Origin: a virus
Reading direction: 5' to 3' (one strand)
Length of the DNA: 64,000 nt
IMG/VR virus record: IMGVR_UViG_3300042882_000890
Coordinates: 1 to 64,000 of that record
Both the position numbers and the translations under genes were made by a program. This document shows positions 1 through 10,966 of this stretch, one piece after another. Below the pieces are notes generated by a model. That model saw nothing but the letters and a program-made list of their open reading frames with translations. It had not been told where the DNA came from and did no database searches. The stretch's first letter is position 1. Each line of letters opens with the position of its first letter.

Positions 1-493
1 AACCTTCATTAGGTGCTTCTAAATAAAGCTTAACTGTTACTTTTGCTTCTGGGTATCCTAACATTCCGATAGCTTCCCCAGATAAAGTAATGTCAATTAC
101 TTCATTGTCTCCATTGCTCATAACTAATGCTGAGCTTGCATTGATTCCATCATATCCTATGATAAACTCATCTACTGAAACTCCCATTTTAGGGTAGTTA
201 ACTTTTACGTCAACAATTTCTGATAATTTAAAAGGTACTGTAGAATACGCTTTGTTAGACTGTGAACGAGTTGGAGTTAAAGGTGCGATACCTAATCTCA
301 ATTCGTATAATCTGTTTCTGTCTGCTGCTATTGATGTTACAGAAGTAACTACAGGCATACCAGCTGCTGTTGGTACTCCTCCTTTATCAACAAGACCAAT
401 TTGTCCTTTAGCGATTCTTGTAGAACCCCCTGAGGTTGATACCGAACCTTCGTTGGTAACAAATAATAGTGTTTGTGGTGCGTGACTTGCCAT
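1..493 (-). CDS. virion structural protein, 5' part (runs off the window edge)
   Basis: ATG at 493; the frame MASHAPQTLLFVTNEGSVSTSGGSTRIAKGQIGLVDKGG... is open to base 1. It is G/S/T/V-rich and co-oriented downstream of the capsid genes. Not in the ORF track. Confidence 0.6.
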   Translation of the reverse strand, partial: MASHAPQTLLFVTNEGSVSTSGGSTRIAKGQIGLVDKGGVPTAAGMPVVTSVTSIAADRNRLYELRLGIAPLTPTRSQSNKAYSTVPFKLSEIVDVKVNYPKMGVSVDEFIIGYDGINASSALVMSNGDNEVIDITLSGEAIGMLGYPEAKVTVKLYLEAPNEG

Positions 494-528
494 TTTTAAT
501 TTTAATTTTAGTTGTTATTTTTATTATT

Positions 529-1197
529 TTAAAGTTGTTCAGTTGCTCTCATTCTATCTGCTTGAAATTTAGAGTCCCCTGTATTTATTTCAAACTCACT
601 TGATGCCATTGATAAAATCCTATCTAAAAGTAAATCATCAAATTCTGGATTTACACTTTGGTCAAATAGGCTTTCTGGGTTATCTGGGTCTAAAAGTTTT
701 ATTTGTTTGGGGTATCTATAGTAAGATAAAAAAAGTTTGTTGTGTGTAAAATTTTCTTTGTATAAGAAAAGTTTATTATCGCCCATTGAAATTGGTGCTT
801 CTCTGGCTATAAATGAAGGCTTATTAAATTCGTCCTGTAGTATCTCTGTCTTGTTATCATCTTTGATATCAAACAAAGTTATTTTTACATCGGTGCAATT
901 ACCTCTTGTTGCTGTAGAATAAGCAGATGAAAAGCTTAGTAAATCTTCTGGAATATTGAATACATCAGCATCTTTTATTGATGTACTTCTTTTGATTTCT
1001 TTATTTGGTACTAGTATGTTTTGTATATACGTGTAGTCGTCTGTACCTTTTCTGTTGAGTATAAGCTCAACCATTTTGTTTTGTGCCTCATTAAATAAAA
1101 AAACAAATCTACCTCTATCGATACCTATTTTAGAACTCTCGTAAGTTTCATTAATTTTAATCTGAAATTTTATAAAGGCTTGTTCTGTGGTAGTCAT
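529..1197 (-). CDS. probable head-tail connector/ring protein
   Basis: FLFNEAQ and YYRYPK motifs resemble crAss-like ring/adaptor proteins; located in the structural module. Confidence 0.5.
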   Translation of the reverse strand: MTTTEQAFIKFQIKINETYESSKIGIDRGRFVFLFNEAQNKMVELILNRKGTDDYTYIQNILVPNKEIKRSTSIKDADVFNIPEDLLSFSSAYSTATRGNCTDVKITLFDIKDDNKTEILQDEFNKPSFIAREAPISMGDNKLFLYKENFTHNKLFLSYYRYPKQIKLLDPDNPESLFDQSVNPEFDDLLLDRILSMASSEFEINTGDSKFQADRMRATEQL

Positions 1198-1246
1198 CTC
1201 TGTTTTTTAATAAAGGGGAGCCGGGAGACCCCCCATTAATATTTTA

Positions 1247-2230
1247 TTACTCTAGAAGAGTTGCAAAGATTTGTTTTAGCTCTTGGTCTTGCTTAACTTT
1301 TGCTGCTGAGTTCTTCCAACCATTTTCAACGTAAACATCATCCATCCACACTTCTCCTTTTTTATATTTAACTTTACCTTTAATGTAGAGTTCTTTTAAT
1401 TTTGAGTGTATGTAAAGCTCTTCTGCTCCTTCTTCTGTTTGGTATTTTTCTACTGCATCAATAAACACTTTGTCGTTCTGGAACTTATCTTCTTTTGAAC
1501 TAATAAAGTTACCAAAGACTGTGTATAGTACAGCATCGTCACTAGCTTTTGTTGCGTTTATTCCTAGATACTCTAATACTTGTAATAAACCATCTCGGTC
1601 TGTAGTTAAAAGTGTATAGAATAAAGCTGAAGCTTTTGCTTTTCTCATTTCTTTTTCAGCTTCTCTACTCATTGAACTGTCTTTATCAACAATACAATAC
1701 ATAGAAACTGGCTGTTTAAACTCTGGATGAGATTCCATTTCTTTTGGTGTAACTCTTTTGTGAACTAGTAAAAGATATAGTCTTAATAAATCTTCTGTTT
1801 TAGCAGTGTCAAAAAGTTTACCTCTGTGGCATTCTATTCTAAAGGAGTCCCAGAAGTGATTATTGGATGAAGTGTGGTCTAAAATACCATCTCCTTTTTC
1901 CTCTTCTATAGGACTTATTATGTTTGTTTTTAGGGATTTTAATGCTAAGGTTCTAGCATCAACATCTGATATTGCTCTCGCTAAAGATTTTGAAGTAGGG
2001 TACAAACCTGTATCCCAAATTCCTCTCTCTTCATCAAAAATAGCTCCAGGAAAAGTATCAACTACTATATCACTTAGAACTTTTGTGGTGTTAAACTCTT
2101 TGAAACCATCTGGTGCTGAAGTGTCTAACTTTTCTTTTATTTCGTAAAGTGTATCTTTTTTAATCTCAAAATCATAGATTTTTAAGATGACACTACTTTC
2201 GTCCTTTTTGCTTTTTGCTATTGGAGCCAT
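1247..2230 (-). CDS. hypothetical protein directly downstream of the major capsid gene
   Basis: 327 aa ORF with its own promoter at 2321-2352. Confidence 0.5.
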   Translation of the reverse strand: MAPIAKSKKDESSVILKIYDFEIKKDTLYEIKEKLDTSAPDGFKEFNTTKVLSDIVVDTFPGAIFDEERGIWDTGLYPTSKSLARAISDVDARTLALKSLKTNIISPIEEEKGDGILDHTSSNNHFWDSFRIECHRGKLFDTAKTEDLLRLYLLLVHKRVTPKEMESHPEFKQPVSMYCIVDKDSSMSREAEKEMRKAKASALFYTLLTTDRDGLLQVLEYLGINATKASDDAVLYTVFGNFISSKEDKFQNDKVFIDAVEKYQTEEGAEELYIHSKLKELYIKGKVKYKKGEVWMDDVYVENGWKNSAAKVKQDQELKQIFATLLE

Positions 2231-2411
2231 TATGTCTTAATTTTTTGGTTACTTAACTTCTTTTTCTGTTGTTGGGTTGTTTGTAATATTGCAGAATATT
2301 ATTGGTTTGATTCTGTGATGCAAAATTACGAATTGTTTTTCTAAAACACAAATAAGTTAAATTTCTTACCCCACCGGTTAAAGTGGGGTAAAGAAAATTT
2401 AACAATTTATA

Positions 2412-4106
2412 TTAGTTAAAGCCTTTTCTTGCTGCTTCGTCTAATTCAATCATAACGAAACGAGTTAAGTCTCTAACGTGAATATCACAAATGTTGAACG
2501 CCCAGAACTCTTGTCCTATTTGCTTCATTGATGACATTACATCTCCTGCTTTTCTATAGTCGTAACGACCATTAGTAGTTCCCCAGTAGCACATTTCGCC
2601 TTGTGGTTTTACTAAGTAGATGTTAGCTCCCATATTACCTCCTTCAACTAAAGTAGCACCTTTTGGTAACTGCTTGTTGTTAGAGTATTGTTGGTCATCT
2701 ACATCCCAGATTACCATTGAGTAAGCAGTTGGTGACAAGTTTTCTGGGTGGAATCCACCTGCTAAACGGTCAACACCTTCCATCATATTCAATGATGTAT
2801 CCTCTTCGATTTCAACATTTCCAATACCAGGAATGAAAACTTTAGTGAAACGGATTGGTACGTATTCCAAGTTGAATGGGTCATTACCACGAACTGGGTT
2901 AGGGATAGTTCTTTCAATTCCTAAGAAAGTATTCAATGCAGAATTTTGTGCATTTACTTCGTCAGAGAAAATTGATAAGATATTTTGGTAAGCATATTTA
3001 CCACATTTGAATTTCAAACGTCTTTCAACATCTTGTTTGAATGGGTTAATACGGAATACGTATTCAGCTGATTCTTTCAAGTGGTCACGAGTAATTCCTC
3101 CTGGACGACCATACTTAATAAGTTTACCTCTACGTAATTGGTGCCATAAACCTTCGTTTAATCTAGCAACACCATTTGAATCACGAACTGTAGCAGCACG
3201 TTGGAACAAAAGTTTTTGAGCAGTCAAACGCTCTAACTCTCTCATTGTCAAGAACTCCATAGTAGCTCCAATTCTAGCTGTCTTCATGTCTGGCATTTTC
3301 TTACCATTCTTAGTAGTCATGTTTGCTAAAATAGCATATTCATTACCTTCAAATTCTGATTGTAATTTATCTAAGTACATTTTAGATTGAGCATCAGCAC
3401 CAGAGAAAGATTTAGAATCTGCCATACCAGTGATGTAAGCTTCAACTCCAGATGCAGAACCTAAACGGAACTCACATCTCATTGTACCTACTGTATCAGG
3501 CATATCAAAGTGAGAGAAGTTTGTACCTCTTTCTCCTAAGATTGCATGACCTACTTTAAAGTATTGGATACCTTTAGCTAAGTTAGAAGGTAAGAACCAA
3601 GTGTTCTTATCATTGTCTGCCAATTTAACTGTGTGCTCCCAACCTTCTCCTACTGCAACTACAGGTACTTCTCCAGAAACAATTACTTGTTGTCCGTAAT
3701 ACTTGTTGTTTGTCAATACGTCTCCAGTAGTGTAAGCTTTGTTTAAAGTAATCTTGAATGTTCCGCCATCTACTCCAGGGTAAGATTGGTTAGACATATC
3801 ACGAGTTGTGTAACAGCCTTTGTACTCTTCTACCGGAATGTCATAAGTAAATCCACCGTCCCATCCGTTAACTTCAAGGATTGATTTGTTTTGTAATAAT
3901 TCACGAAGAATACCGTAGCTTCTTACTGCTTGTTTACCCCATAAATTCATCAACCCTAAGTGATGTTTATTTGGGTCTTCTTTGTACCATGAATAAAGAG
4001 AAGGTAAATCCTGTGCACCGTTGATAGAAGATACTGTCTTCTTGTCGGTAAACATTATCACCTGGTCGCCATTCACAACGAAGGGAATGTTTTGTTGTTG
4101 TATCAT
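2412..4106 (-). CDS. major capsid protein (probable)
   Basis: 564 aa; order terminase-portal-scaffold-this gene; codon bias looks like a highly expressed gene. Called by synteny, not by a catalytic motif. Confidence 0.7.
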   Translation of the reverse strand: MIQQQNIPFVVNGDQVIMFTDKKTVSSINGAQDLPSLYSWYKEDPNKHHLGLMNLWGKQAVRSYGILRELLQNKSILEVNGWDGGFTYDIPVEEYKGCYTTRDMSNQSYPGVDGGTFKITLNKAYTTGDVLTNNKYYGQQVIVSGEVPVVAVGEGWEHTVKLADNDKNTWFLPSNLAKGIQYFKVGHAILGERGTNFSHFDMPDTVGTMRCEFRLGSASGVEAYITGMADSKSFSGADAQSKMYLDKLQSEFEGNEYAILANMTTKNGKKMPDMKTARIGATMEFLTMRELERLTAQKLLFQRAATVRDSNGVARLNEGLWHQLRRGKLIKYGRPGGITRDHLKESAEYVFRINPFKQDVERRLKFKCGKYAYQNILSIFSDEVNAQNSALNTFLGIERTIPNPVRGNDPFNLEYVPIRFTKVFIPGIGNVEIEEDTSLNMMEGVDRLAGGFHPENLSPTAYSMVIWDVDDQQYSNNKQLPKGATLVEGGNMGANIYLVKPQGEMCYWGTTNGRYDYRKAGDVMSSMKQIGQEFWAFNICDIHVRDLTRFVMIELDEAARKGFN

Positions 4107-4136
4107 TTTTAGTTAAGTTTAATTTATTAATTATTA

Positions 4137-5261
4137 TTATTGGTCAAAATTTATTGTTTCAAATGGAGTAATTGGAGTTGTGTCTTCTTTCTTTTGCTTT
4201 TCTACTTTAGAGCCATCTTGTACAATTTTAATCCTTTTTAAAGTATCTAAATGTACATCTTTTTTGACTGCTGCTGTTGCTTTTTTAAGATAGTTTTCTT
4301 TATCCAACATAAAGTATATCAACTCTTTCGCTTTCTTTGGGTCACTCATCCACTCATCATAAATGGTGTCTATCTCGTAATTACCCGTATTATCTGTCTT
4401 TGTAGCTACATCAACAAATTTTCTAGTTAGGTTTTCTGACAGTCCCTCTTGTTTAAGTTCAGTAGATAAGTTTTTTCTGTACTCTTTAATAGTTTCCTGT
4501 TCCTTAGCTTTATCGGCTAATATTTTCTGTTCTCTATTTTGTAGATTTGTGTAGAATTGATTTCTTTGATACTCTACAATTTTTTGAGCCTTTGTATCTA
4601 AAGTTAAATCTTCTTTTGAAGCCTTTACTAAAGCGGCAGCTTCTTTTGGACTATGCCCTAATGCTTTTTGGTAGTACCAATCAAGTACATCCTCATTATG
4701 GTCATCATTTTCGTTATCGTATCCTTGGAAAGGTTCTTGTAAAGCTGCTGGGTTTTGGAATAAAGCTTTTGCTAAATCTAAATCCCCTTCTTTTACAATA
4801 TTGATTAGTCTCTTTTTAACTTCGTCTAATCCGTCTACAGAGATATATTTTTCTTTAAATTCAGTATCTTTTTGAGTTTTTATTTCTTTCTCTAAAGCCT
4901 TGAATGTATCTTTGTCGATATCTTTTAGTTCGGAAAGTTTTACTTCGTTACCATCTTCATCCTCGATAACTAAGTCATCCCACTCTCCTGAATCTAATCT
5001 TTCTTTTACAATGTCGAGGTAGGTATCATCAGAATTACCTAAACTAATCTTAGTCTCAGGTTCTTTTGGTTCATCCTTCTTTTTTTCTAAATCTTCATTT
5101 GAGGATTCTTCACCCTCTTTTGATTTATCTTCGTCCTCTTCATTACTTATTGTAATGTCAGTTTGGATTTCTTCTTTTTTGTCATTATCTTCTAAGCTGA
5201 AATTGTTAAATTCCATTAGCTGCTCAAATGACAACTCTTCTTGGTTTTGGTTTGTTTTCAT
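4137..5261 (-). CDS. probable scaffolding protein
   Basis: Highly acidic N-terminus and helical charged body; lies between portal and capsid genes. Confidence 0.55.
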   Translation of the reverse strand: MKTNQNQEELSFEQLMEFNNFSLEDNDKKEEIQTDITISNEEDEDKSKEGEESSNEDLEKKKDEPKEPETKISLGNSDDTYLDIVKERLDSGEWDDLVIEDEDGNEVKLSELKDIDKDTFKALEKEIKTQKDTEFKEKYISVDGLDEVKKRLINIVKEGDLDLAKALFQNPAALQEPFQGYDNENDDHNEDVLDWYYQKALGHSPKEAAALVKASKEDLTLDTKAQKIVEYQRNQFYTNLQNREQKILADKAKEQETIKEYRKNLSTELKQEGLSENLTRKFVDVATKTDNTGNYEIDTIYDEWMSDPKKAKELIYFMLDKENYLKKATAAVKKDVHLDTLKRIKIVQDGSKVEKQKKEDTTPITPFETINFDQ

Positions 5262-5366
5262 TTCTGGTGCAAAATTAATAAAGTTTTTTTGATTTACAAA
5301 ATTCGTTAAAATCTTGTTGTTGCCTAACTTTGTTTGTTAAATTATATTTATCATGTTAAAGAATCT

Positions 5367-8144
5367 TTAATTCTTATTTACTTCGGCTATATATCTATTA
5401 TTAGCTATCTCTTTATCTTTCTGGTCTAGTCTTCTAACTTCTAACTGTAACTGTTTATCCATTAATGCAAGCTTACTGGCATCTGAATTATTTTGAGACT
5501 CTAATTTATCCTGGCTTAATTGGATATCGCTTGTAGTCTTCATTTCTTTTAAAGCCATATCAGTTTGTTTACTAATATTTTGGAAAGATGCTTGGTCGGC
5601 TTTTTTATCAGCTGCTCTACCTTGTGCTTGTATTTCTTCACGCATAATTCCAGCTTCTCTATCTTTCTGATTTTGGTCAGCATCCCAAGTTCTTTGCTTA
5701 TCTTTTTCAGCAGCATCTGCTTGAATTTGTTTATCTGTTATTTCTTGTTCATGCTGTCTTTGTGCTTCTATTTCTTTTTGTTTCTCTGTACGTCCTTTTC
5801 TACCTATAGCTACAAGCTCTGTCATAGTATCTGCTGAGAATAACTCTGCATAATCTAATAAGTCATTTCCTAAAGTATTCATGTTTAGGAGTGCTTGTTT
5901 CATTGTTTCTAATTCTCTTCGTTTCTTAGGGTCATTTATTGGTAAAACTCCAATTCTTCTAAGTGGGAAATCCGGGTCAGATAGGTGCATAAAATTTTTA
6001 TCTCCATCTGAAGTAGAAAAAACAAAATCAACATCTAAATATTCTTTTTGACAATACTGAGCTACTGCTAAGTGTAATTCCATAGCTTTTCTTCTTGCAA
6101 CAGACATATTGTTAAATATATCAGCGGTTTGCATATAAGAAGCTTCTGTGCCTTGTTTTACTCCGGTTGCAGTTTCGTAGGCAGTTGGTTGCCCTAGTCT
6201 TTGCGGTGTTATACCTATCTGTTCTAAAGCTTTTCTTAAATAGTACTCAGAAAGCTCCATTCTACTTCTAATTTGCTTGTCAAAAGATACATCTTGTACC
6301 ATAAAAGTATTCATGCTTTGGTTTGCACCTCCCATGTTTTGTTTTGTGGTATCTAAAGGAACTAGCCCAATATCTTTTGCGTGGTCTCTCAACTTTTCAA
6401 GCGACTCTTCAATTGTACCGTAGTCCTTGTACTCAGACGGTAAAAAGTTTATATCAAACAAGAAGAACATACCTATTTCTTTTTCTAACAAGTTAAATAT
6501 TTGGTTTAAACAAATATTGTAACCTATCTGGTATGGTCTAAGCTTTTGTGCCACTGAGTTTGCTATAATGCCTGCTACAGGTATCTTAACATCAAATATA
6601 TTAGATTCTCCTCTAATTTGATACTCTAGGGGTTCAACACCCAAATATAAGTTATCTGTTAAGAAAGAGTTGCCGGAATTAATTTTAGTACCTCTCCAAA
6701 TTTCTGGTGCCCAAAACTCGTACATAGTATTTACTTCAAGATTTTTTTGTATATCTTTTAGTGTTTTTGTACTTATCTTTTTAATACCATTTTCTTTGAT
6801 AAACTCTGGTAAAATATCATCTGTTACAATAGCTGTATCTGTATATCCTTGTTCTGTTTCGTAGTTTAAAAACCACATTCTTTTCCAGCTTCTCCAGTAA
6901 GCTTCTGTAACTTGTAATAAGTCTTTTCTTACTATAATGTCTTCTCTTTGTAAGGCACTATATCTGTAGCCTAAATGGTTTTGATTTTGCATTGGGCTTA
7001 ACCAGGAAGGTATTCTTTGTTGTCCATCTGGTGTATCAACAAGAACTTCCCCCATAGGGATATCCAATGAGTTTTGTATCTGTAAACCTAAATCGTAATT
7101 GTAGTAGTTATGGAAAGGTATTGTTTGTACTTGACCAAACATACCATTGTTCATCTCTTGTTTCCAATTGTGAACTGTTGAATCATAGCCTGCATTACCT
7201 ACAGTACCGTAATTCTTGTTTATTTTTTTAATCTCTTCTGGCTTTAGTAAATGTGCGTACCTTTTAATAATATCGGAAGGTGCAATGTAAAAAACTCTAC
7301 CAGCATACTCACCGTCTTGTGGGTATTCTGCTATTACGTCTCTAGCAAAAAATGTTTCTAAAGGAGACCATCTTTCTGGTTTATAGTGGTCGTATCCAAC
7401 ATAGTAGTGTCTAAAAAATCTACCGGTCAAGACATAGTCTTCCATCTCTTGTTTGTCCAACTTATCCATATAGAATCTCTGTTGGTCTTTCTCGATAACA
7501 TGTTCTCCCCATTCAGCAGCTTTAGTTTTCCAGTCTTTCATCTCTTTTTCGATTTCTGCTGGTGATACTATTCTTGCTTTTTCTTGCTCTAACATCTGCA
7601 TATACTGCTGACGTTCTTCTTCCGATTTAAAGTCTTTCTTGTTGGTATCTATACCAGACTCCATCAAAGATATCTCTAACTCTTTATTAAATGTTTCTAG
7701 TGCATACTCACGTACTTTTCTTGTTCTCTCACGTAGAAACTCATTCTGTGAAATATCATCTATACAGTCAACTTTAAAGTCGTCTTTTTGTTCTAGCCAC
7801 TCTCCTACAAGCTGTCTAGTTATAATTCCTATAAAATCGTAGTGTTTTACAAATGTAGGTATTCCTACGTTGTCTCCTAATTCTCTTACTCTATTTAAAA
7901 CTTGATTGTCTGGCTCATAGTCAGAATAGGCTAATCTGCCCTCTAACATCTTATACAAATCCCTAAACTTAACATTATCTGCTAATTGAGATATACCTAT
8001 GGACTCAAGTGCATCCATACACTTCTTCTGCCATTCCGGACTTTCTTTTATTGAGTCCTTAACAGTTTGAGTAGGTAATGAGTGTGTTGTAGATACTGAA
8101 GTACCAACACCATTATAAAAAGAATGTAAGTTGTGCCCGTCCAT
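5367..8144 (-). CDS. portal protein
   Basis: 925 aa next to the terminase; IGITPQRLGQ..ETATGV motif and a C-terminal coiled coil as in crAss-like/P22-like portals. Confidence 0.8.
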   Translation of the reverse strand: MDGHNLHSFYNGVGTSVSTTHSLPTQTVKDSIKESPEWQKKCMDALESIGISQLADNVKFRDLYKMLEGRLAYSDYEPDNQVLNRVRELGDNVGIPTFVKHYDFIGIITRQLVGEWLEQKDDFKVDCIDDISQNEFLRERTRKVREYALETFNKELEISLMESGIDTNKKDFKSEEERQQYMQMLEQEKARIVSPAEIEKEMKDWKTKAAEWGEHVIEKDQQRFYMDKLDKQEMEDYVLTGRFFRHYYVGYDHYKPERWSPLETFFARDVIAEYPQDGEYAGRVFYIAPSDIIKRYAHLLKPEEIKKINKNYGTVGNAGYDSTVHNWKQEMNNGMFGQVQTIPFHNYYNYDLGLQIQNSLDIPMGEVLVDTPDGQQRIPSWLSPMQNQNHLGYRYSALQREDIIVRKDLLQVTEAYWRSWKRMWFLNYETEQGYTDTAIVTDDILPEFIKENGIKKISTKTLKDIQKNLEVNTMYEFWAPEIWRGTKINSGNSFLTDNLYLGVEPLEYQIRGESNIFDVKIPVAGIIANSVAQKLRPYQIGYNICLNQIFNLLEKEIGMFFLFDINFLPSEYKDYGTIEESLEKLRDHAKDIGLVPLDTTKQNMGGANQSMNTFMVQDVSFDKQIRSRMELSEYYLRKALEQIGITPQRLGQPTAYETATGVKQGTEASYMQTADIFNNMSVARRKAMELHLAVAQYCQKEYLDVDFVFSTSDGDKNFMHLSDPDFPLRRIGVLPINDPKKRRELETMKQALLNMNTLGNDLLDYAELFSADTMTELVAIGRKGRTEKQKEIEAQRQHEQEITDKQIQADAAEKDKQRTWDADQNQKDREAGIMREEIQAQGRAADKKADQASFQNISKQTDMALKEMKTTSDIQLSQDKLESQNNSDASKLALMDKQLQLEVRRLDQKDKEIANNRYIAEVNKN

Positions 8145-8162
8145 ATTTTGTTTTTAAAACCG

Positions 8163-8194
8163 CAAATTTACGAATAAACTAGTTTATTACCAAA
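8163..8194 (-). promoter_or_regulatory. Bacteroidetes sigma-A type promoter for the portal gene (minus-strand copies also at 2321, 5270, 13030, 13393)
   Basis: Reverse complement reads TTTG-N20-TAAATTTG. Confidence 0.75.
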
Positions 8195-8206
8195 TTGGTT
8201 AAATTT

Positions 8207-10966
8207 TTAAAAGTACTTTTTAGCTCTACTTGAGGAACCATATAGCCTTTCAGCCATTGTTTTTTCAGGTTTTTTATTTTGGTTTTCTTCTTGTTTAGGC
8301 TTTCTATTAGCTGTTTTTGGTAACATATAGTTATTGAAAAGATAAAATTCATATCCTAGGCAAGACATAAAAGAAGTCATTCTATCTACGTTATTATCTT
8401 TCTTAAATGATATCATTTCGTCTAAAAGTCCAATGTCGTTTATCATTTGTACTCCTAGTACAGTCTTTTCATTTCCTTCTTCGTCTTTTACTACAAATTC
8501 TTGTCTTGCATAGTTTTTAAGTAAACCAAACAAAAACCTAATATTTTCAGGAGTTGGTGCCCAACCATATCTTCTTTTCCCCTGGGAACGTTGAGTCATG
8601 TCTGATTTAAAATCCATAGACTCTACTAACCATAAATCAGTAGCTCTTTTTCTGTCTAGGTATTCTTTGAAGCCCATATCGGCATTTTCTAAAAATACTT
8701 TAGCATTAAATGCTTGCATTAATAGAAAAATTTGTCTATACAATTTATTATGTGGGTCAGGTCTTGATGCAATAGATGCTACAATCCTTCCACACCATTT
8801 GTCCATACCAATGTTTACTTTATAGATATGGAATGAGCCCACAGAGTCTGTTCCAGATTCCTCTTGCTTATAATCATCAAATCCCCCTACATAAAGATAG
8901 TCTACTGGCTTTTCTCCAGGTAGTTCTTCGTATAACACTATCGGTGCATCTACAAAACCCCCTGGGTGTGGATACTCTGCAAGCTCCCTATTGTTTAACT
9001 CGTAGAATATCTTACCGGTACTGTCTTGCATTATTGTTACCCTCTTACCTGTATCTCCTGATTCTATTAAGAAGTCTCTATGTCTTTTTGCTTCTAATGC
9101 CGGGAAAGGATTATCTTCTGAGGACATGAAGCAGTCTTCAGGGTCTAATGGGTATTGTACTCTTTTTTGCTGTTCTAAAAGTTGCCCTTTAGAACCACCA
9201 ATTTTTTTAGCTTCTTCTACTACAGCCTTTAATAGCTTACTGTTGTTCTCCCAGTTAGTAGTATGTATTATTATTTTATCCAGCTCGTCTGCATCTTCTA
9301 AGTCTAAAAACCTAGAAAAAGCTTGTTGTTTTTTTATAAATCCTTCTTCGTATGCCATTTGCCCTGGAAAGAATGTTGCAAACTTTCTTCTTTTCCATGT
9401 AATAAATTCAGGGTCTATCTTAGTCTCAAGCAAGTCCCAATCCATAGGTAATAAATCATAAGCTTCTGGATTAGATAGTACATCAATTGCATCCTTTGAT
9501 AAGTCAGCCTCTCCTCCAGTTCCTGCTAGAACGGTAATACACTTAAACCCGTATGGTGTCTTAAATGATGGCAATGCGGCAAGGTAAGGCTTTAAAAAGG
9601 CATACTTACCTATCTCATCATATATTGAAACAGATGGTGCTAAACCAGCTGTCTTTTGTGTTTTTGATTTTGCTCCAGACTCTAGATTTTGTACAATAAG
9701 AGTAGAAAATATAATCGGGTTTGAGGCATCCTCTTTTATCCCAAAAGTTGTTTCTCCATTATCCCATTCTTGCTTTAAAATATCGATTTGAAAAGGTTTA
9801 TCGATATATGTCATTGATGTTTTTATCTTGCTTGTCAAGGCATTAATATCTGATGAGCTACCACCAATAACAGAACCAAAAGAGTTAAACTTTGTTACTG
9901 TTCTCCAATGAGCCAATGATGCAAGAATAACAGACTTTCCAAAACGTCTAGTTCCGTACATTAATAATGCCTTTGAATAGAAATTAGGGTTTTCTTTATT
10001 TATGCACCTAACTAAATTTTCTGCAAAAAACCACTCGTTATCCCGTAAGTCTGGTTGTGTGTTTGGCTCACTACCATCTAGTTGTATAATAGGTGTTCTA
10101 AAAAAGTTTAAGTGGAAGTATAACCATGGGTGAATAAAGTATCCATTTATGTTTACTCCATGCTTTATTTTATTAAGCTCTTCAGACCAAAACTGTATTG
10201 CTACTGTATCTTGGTCAAAAAAGTGTTTGTTTGGGTTCCACTTTGGTATGTCTCTTTGGTTCATATTAATAAACATCTCTTTAGATGTTCTTAAAGACCA
10301 ATCTACGGGTATTCTATCAACTATCTCTTTTAAATCCTCTCTTACTAAACTTAGAGGCTCTCTCATTAAAAGAGAGGCTTTCTTCTTATTATAAAATTCA
10401 ATGTTGACTCCGTCTAGCTCATTGGAGATATTTAGTTTTGATAACTTTTCTTGTATTTTTATTTTTTCATTAAAAATTAAATCTTGAAAAACTATCTCAT
10501 AGGATTTATATTCAACTTCGTCTTCTGTATCAACCTCTTGTGTTAAAACATCCATATTGTACTTTAAATAGTCATCACACTTTTTTAAGTGCAACTCTAT
10601 AATCTGTACTGTTTCATCTATAAAATCTTGTCTTTTATCTGAAGCTCGGTCTCCATCTGATTCTGATATAAACACAGAAAGCCTACCAAGTATAGACGTG
10701 GTAAGCTCGTTTTCCTGTTTAAATAAAGCCTCTTTGGTTTTTTTGGAGGATTCGACAAAGGAGCGTATTTCTTTCTCTAGTTTTCCTAGCTCCTTTTCTT
10801 TTTCCTTTGGCTCTGAAGTACTTAGTAGGGACACTTGAGTAGCAAAGCTTTTTAATCCTTTTTCGTACTTTGTAGTATCGTTCCAATAGTTATTTTCTAT
10901 AACTTTTTTGTTCCTCTTAAAATACTCACGGTGGCTTTTTATAAAATTGTCAATGTACTCAGACAT
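8207..10966 (-). CDS. terL: terminase large subunit
   Basis: Walker A GTRRFGKS, Walker B SIYDEIGK, coupling motif GTGG, RNase H-like YVGGFDDY and a C-terminal DR. Confidence 0.9.
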   Translation of the reverse strand: MSEYIDNFIKSHREYFKRNKKVIENNYWNDTTKYEKGLKSFATQVSLLSTSEPKEKEKELGKLEKEIRSFVESSKKTKEALFKQENELTTSILGRLSVFISESDGDRASDKRQDFIDETVQIIELHLKKCDDYLKYNMDVLTQEVDTEDEVEYKSYEIVFQDLIFNEKIKIQEKLSKLNISNELDGVNIEFYNKKKASLLMREPLSLVREDLKEIVDRIPVDWSLRTSKEMFINMNQRDIPKWNPNKHFFDQDTVAIQFWSEELNKIKHGVNINGYFIHPWLYFHLNFFRTPIIQLDGSEPNTQPDLRDNEWFFAENLVRCINKENPNFYSKALLMYGTRRFGKSVILASLAHWRTVTKFNSFGSVIGGSSSDINALTSKIKTSMTYIDKPFQIDILKQEWDNGETTFGIKEDASNPIIFSTLIVQNLESGAKSKTQKTAGLAPSVSIYDEIGKYAFLKPYLAALPSFKTPYGFKCITVLAGTGGEADLSKDAIDVLSNPEAYDLLPMDWDLLETKIDPEFITWKRRKFATFFPGQMAYEEGFIKKQQAFSRFLDLEDADELDKIIIHTTNWENNSKLLKAVVEEAKKIGGSKGQLLEQQKRVQYPLDPEDCFMSSEDNPFPALEAKRHRDFLIESGDTGKRVTIMQDSTGKIFYELNNRELAEYPHPGGFVDAPIVLYEELPGEKPVDYLYVGGFDDYKQEESGTDSVGSFHIYKVNIGMDKWCGRIVASIASRPDPHNKLYRQIFLLMQAFNAKVFLENADMGFKEYLDRKRATDLWLVESMDFKSDMTQRSQGKRRYGWAPTPENIRFLFGLLKNYARQEFVVKDEEGNEKTVLGVQMINDIGLLDEMISFKKDNNVDRMTSFMSCLGYEFYLFNNYMLPKTANRKPKQEENQNKKPEKTMAERLYGSSSRAKKYF

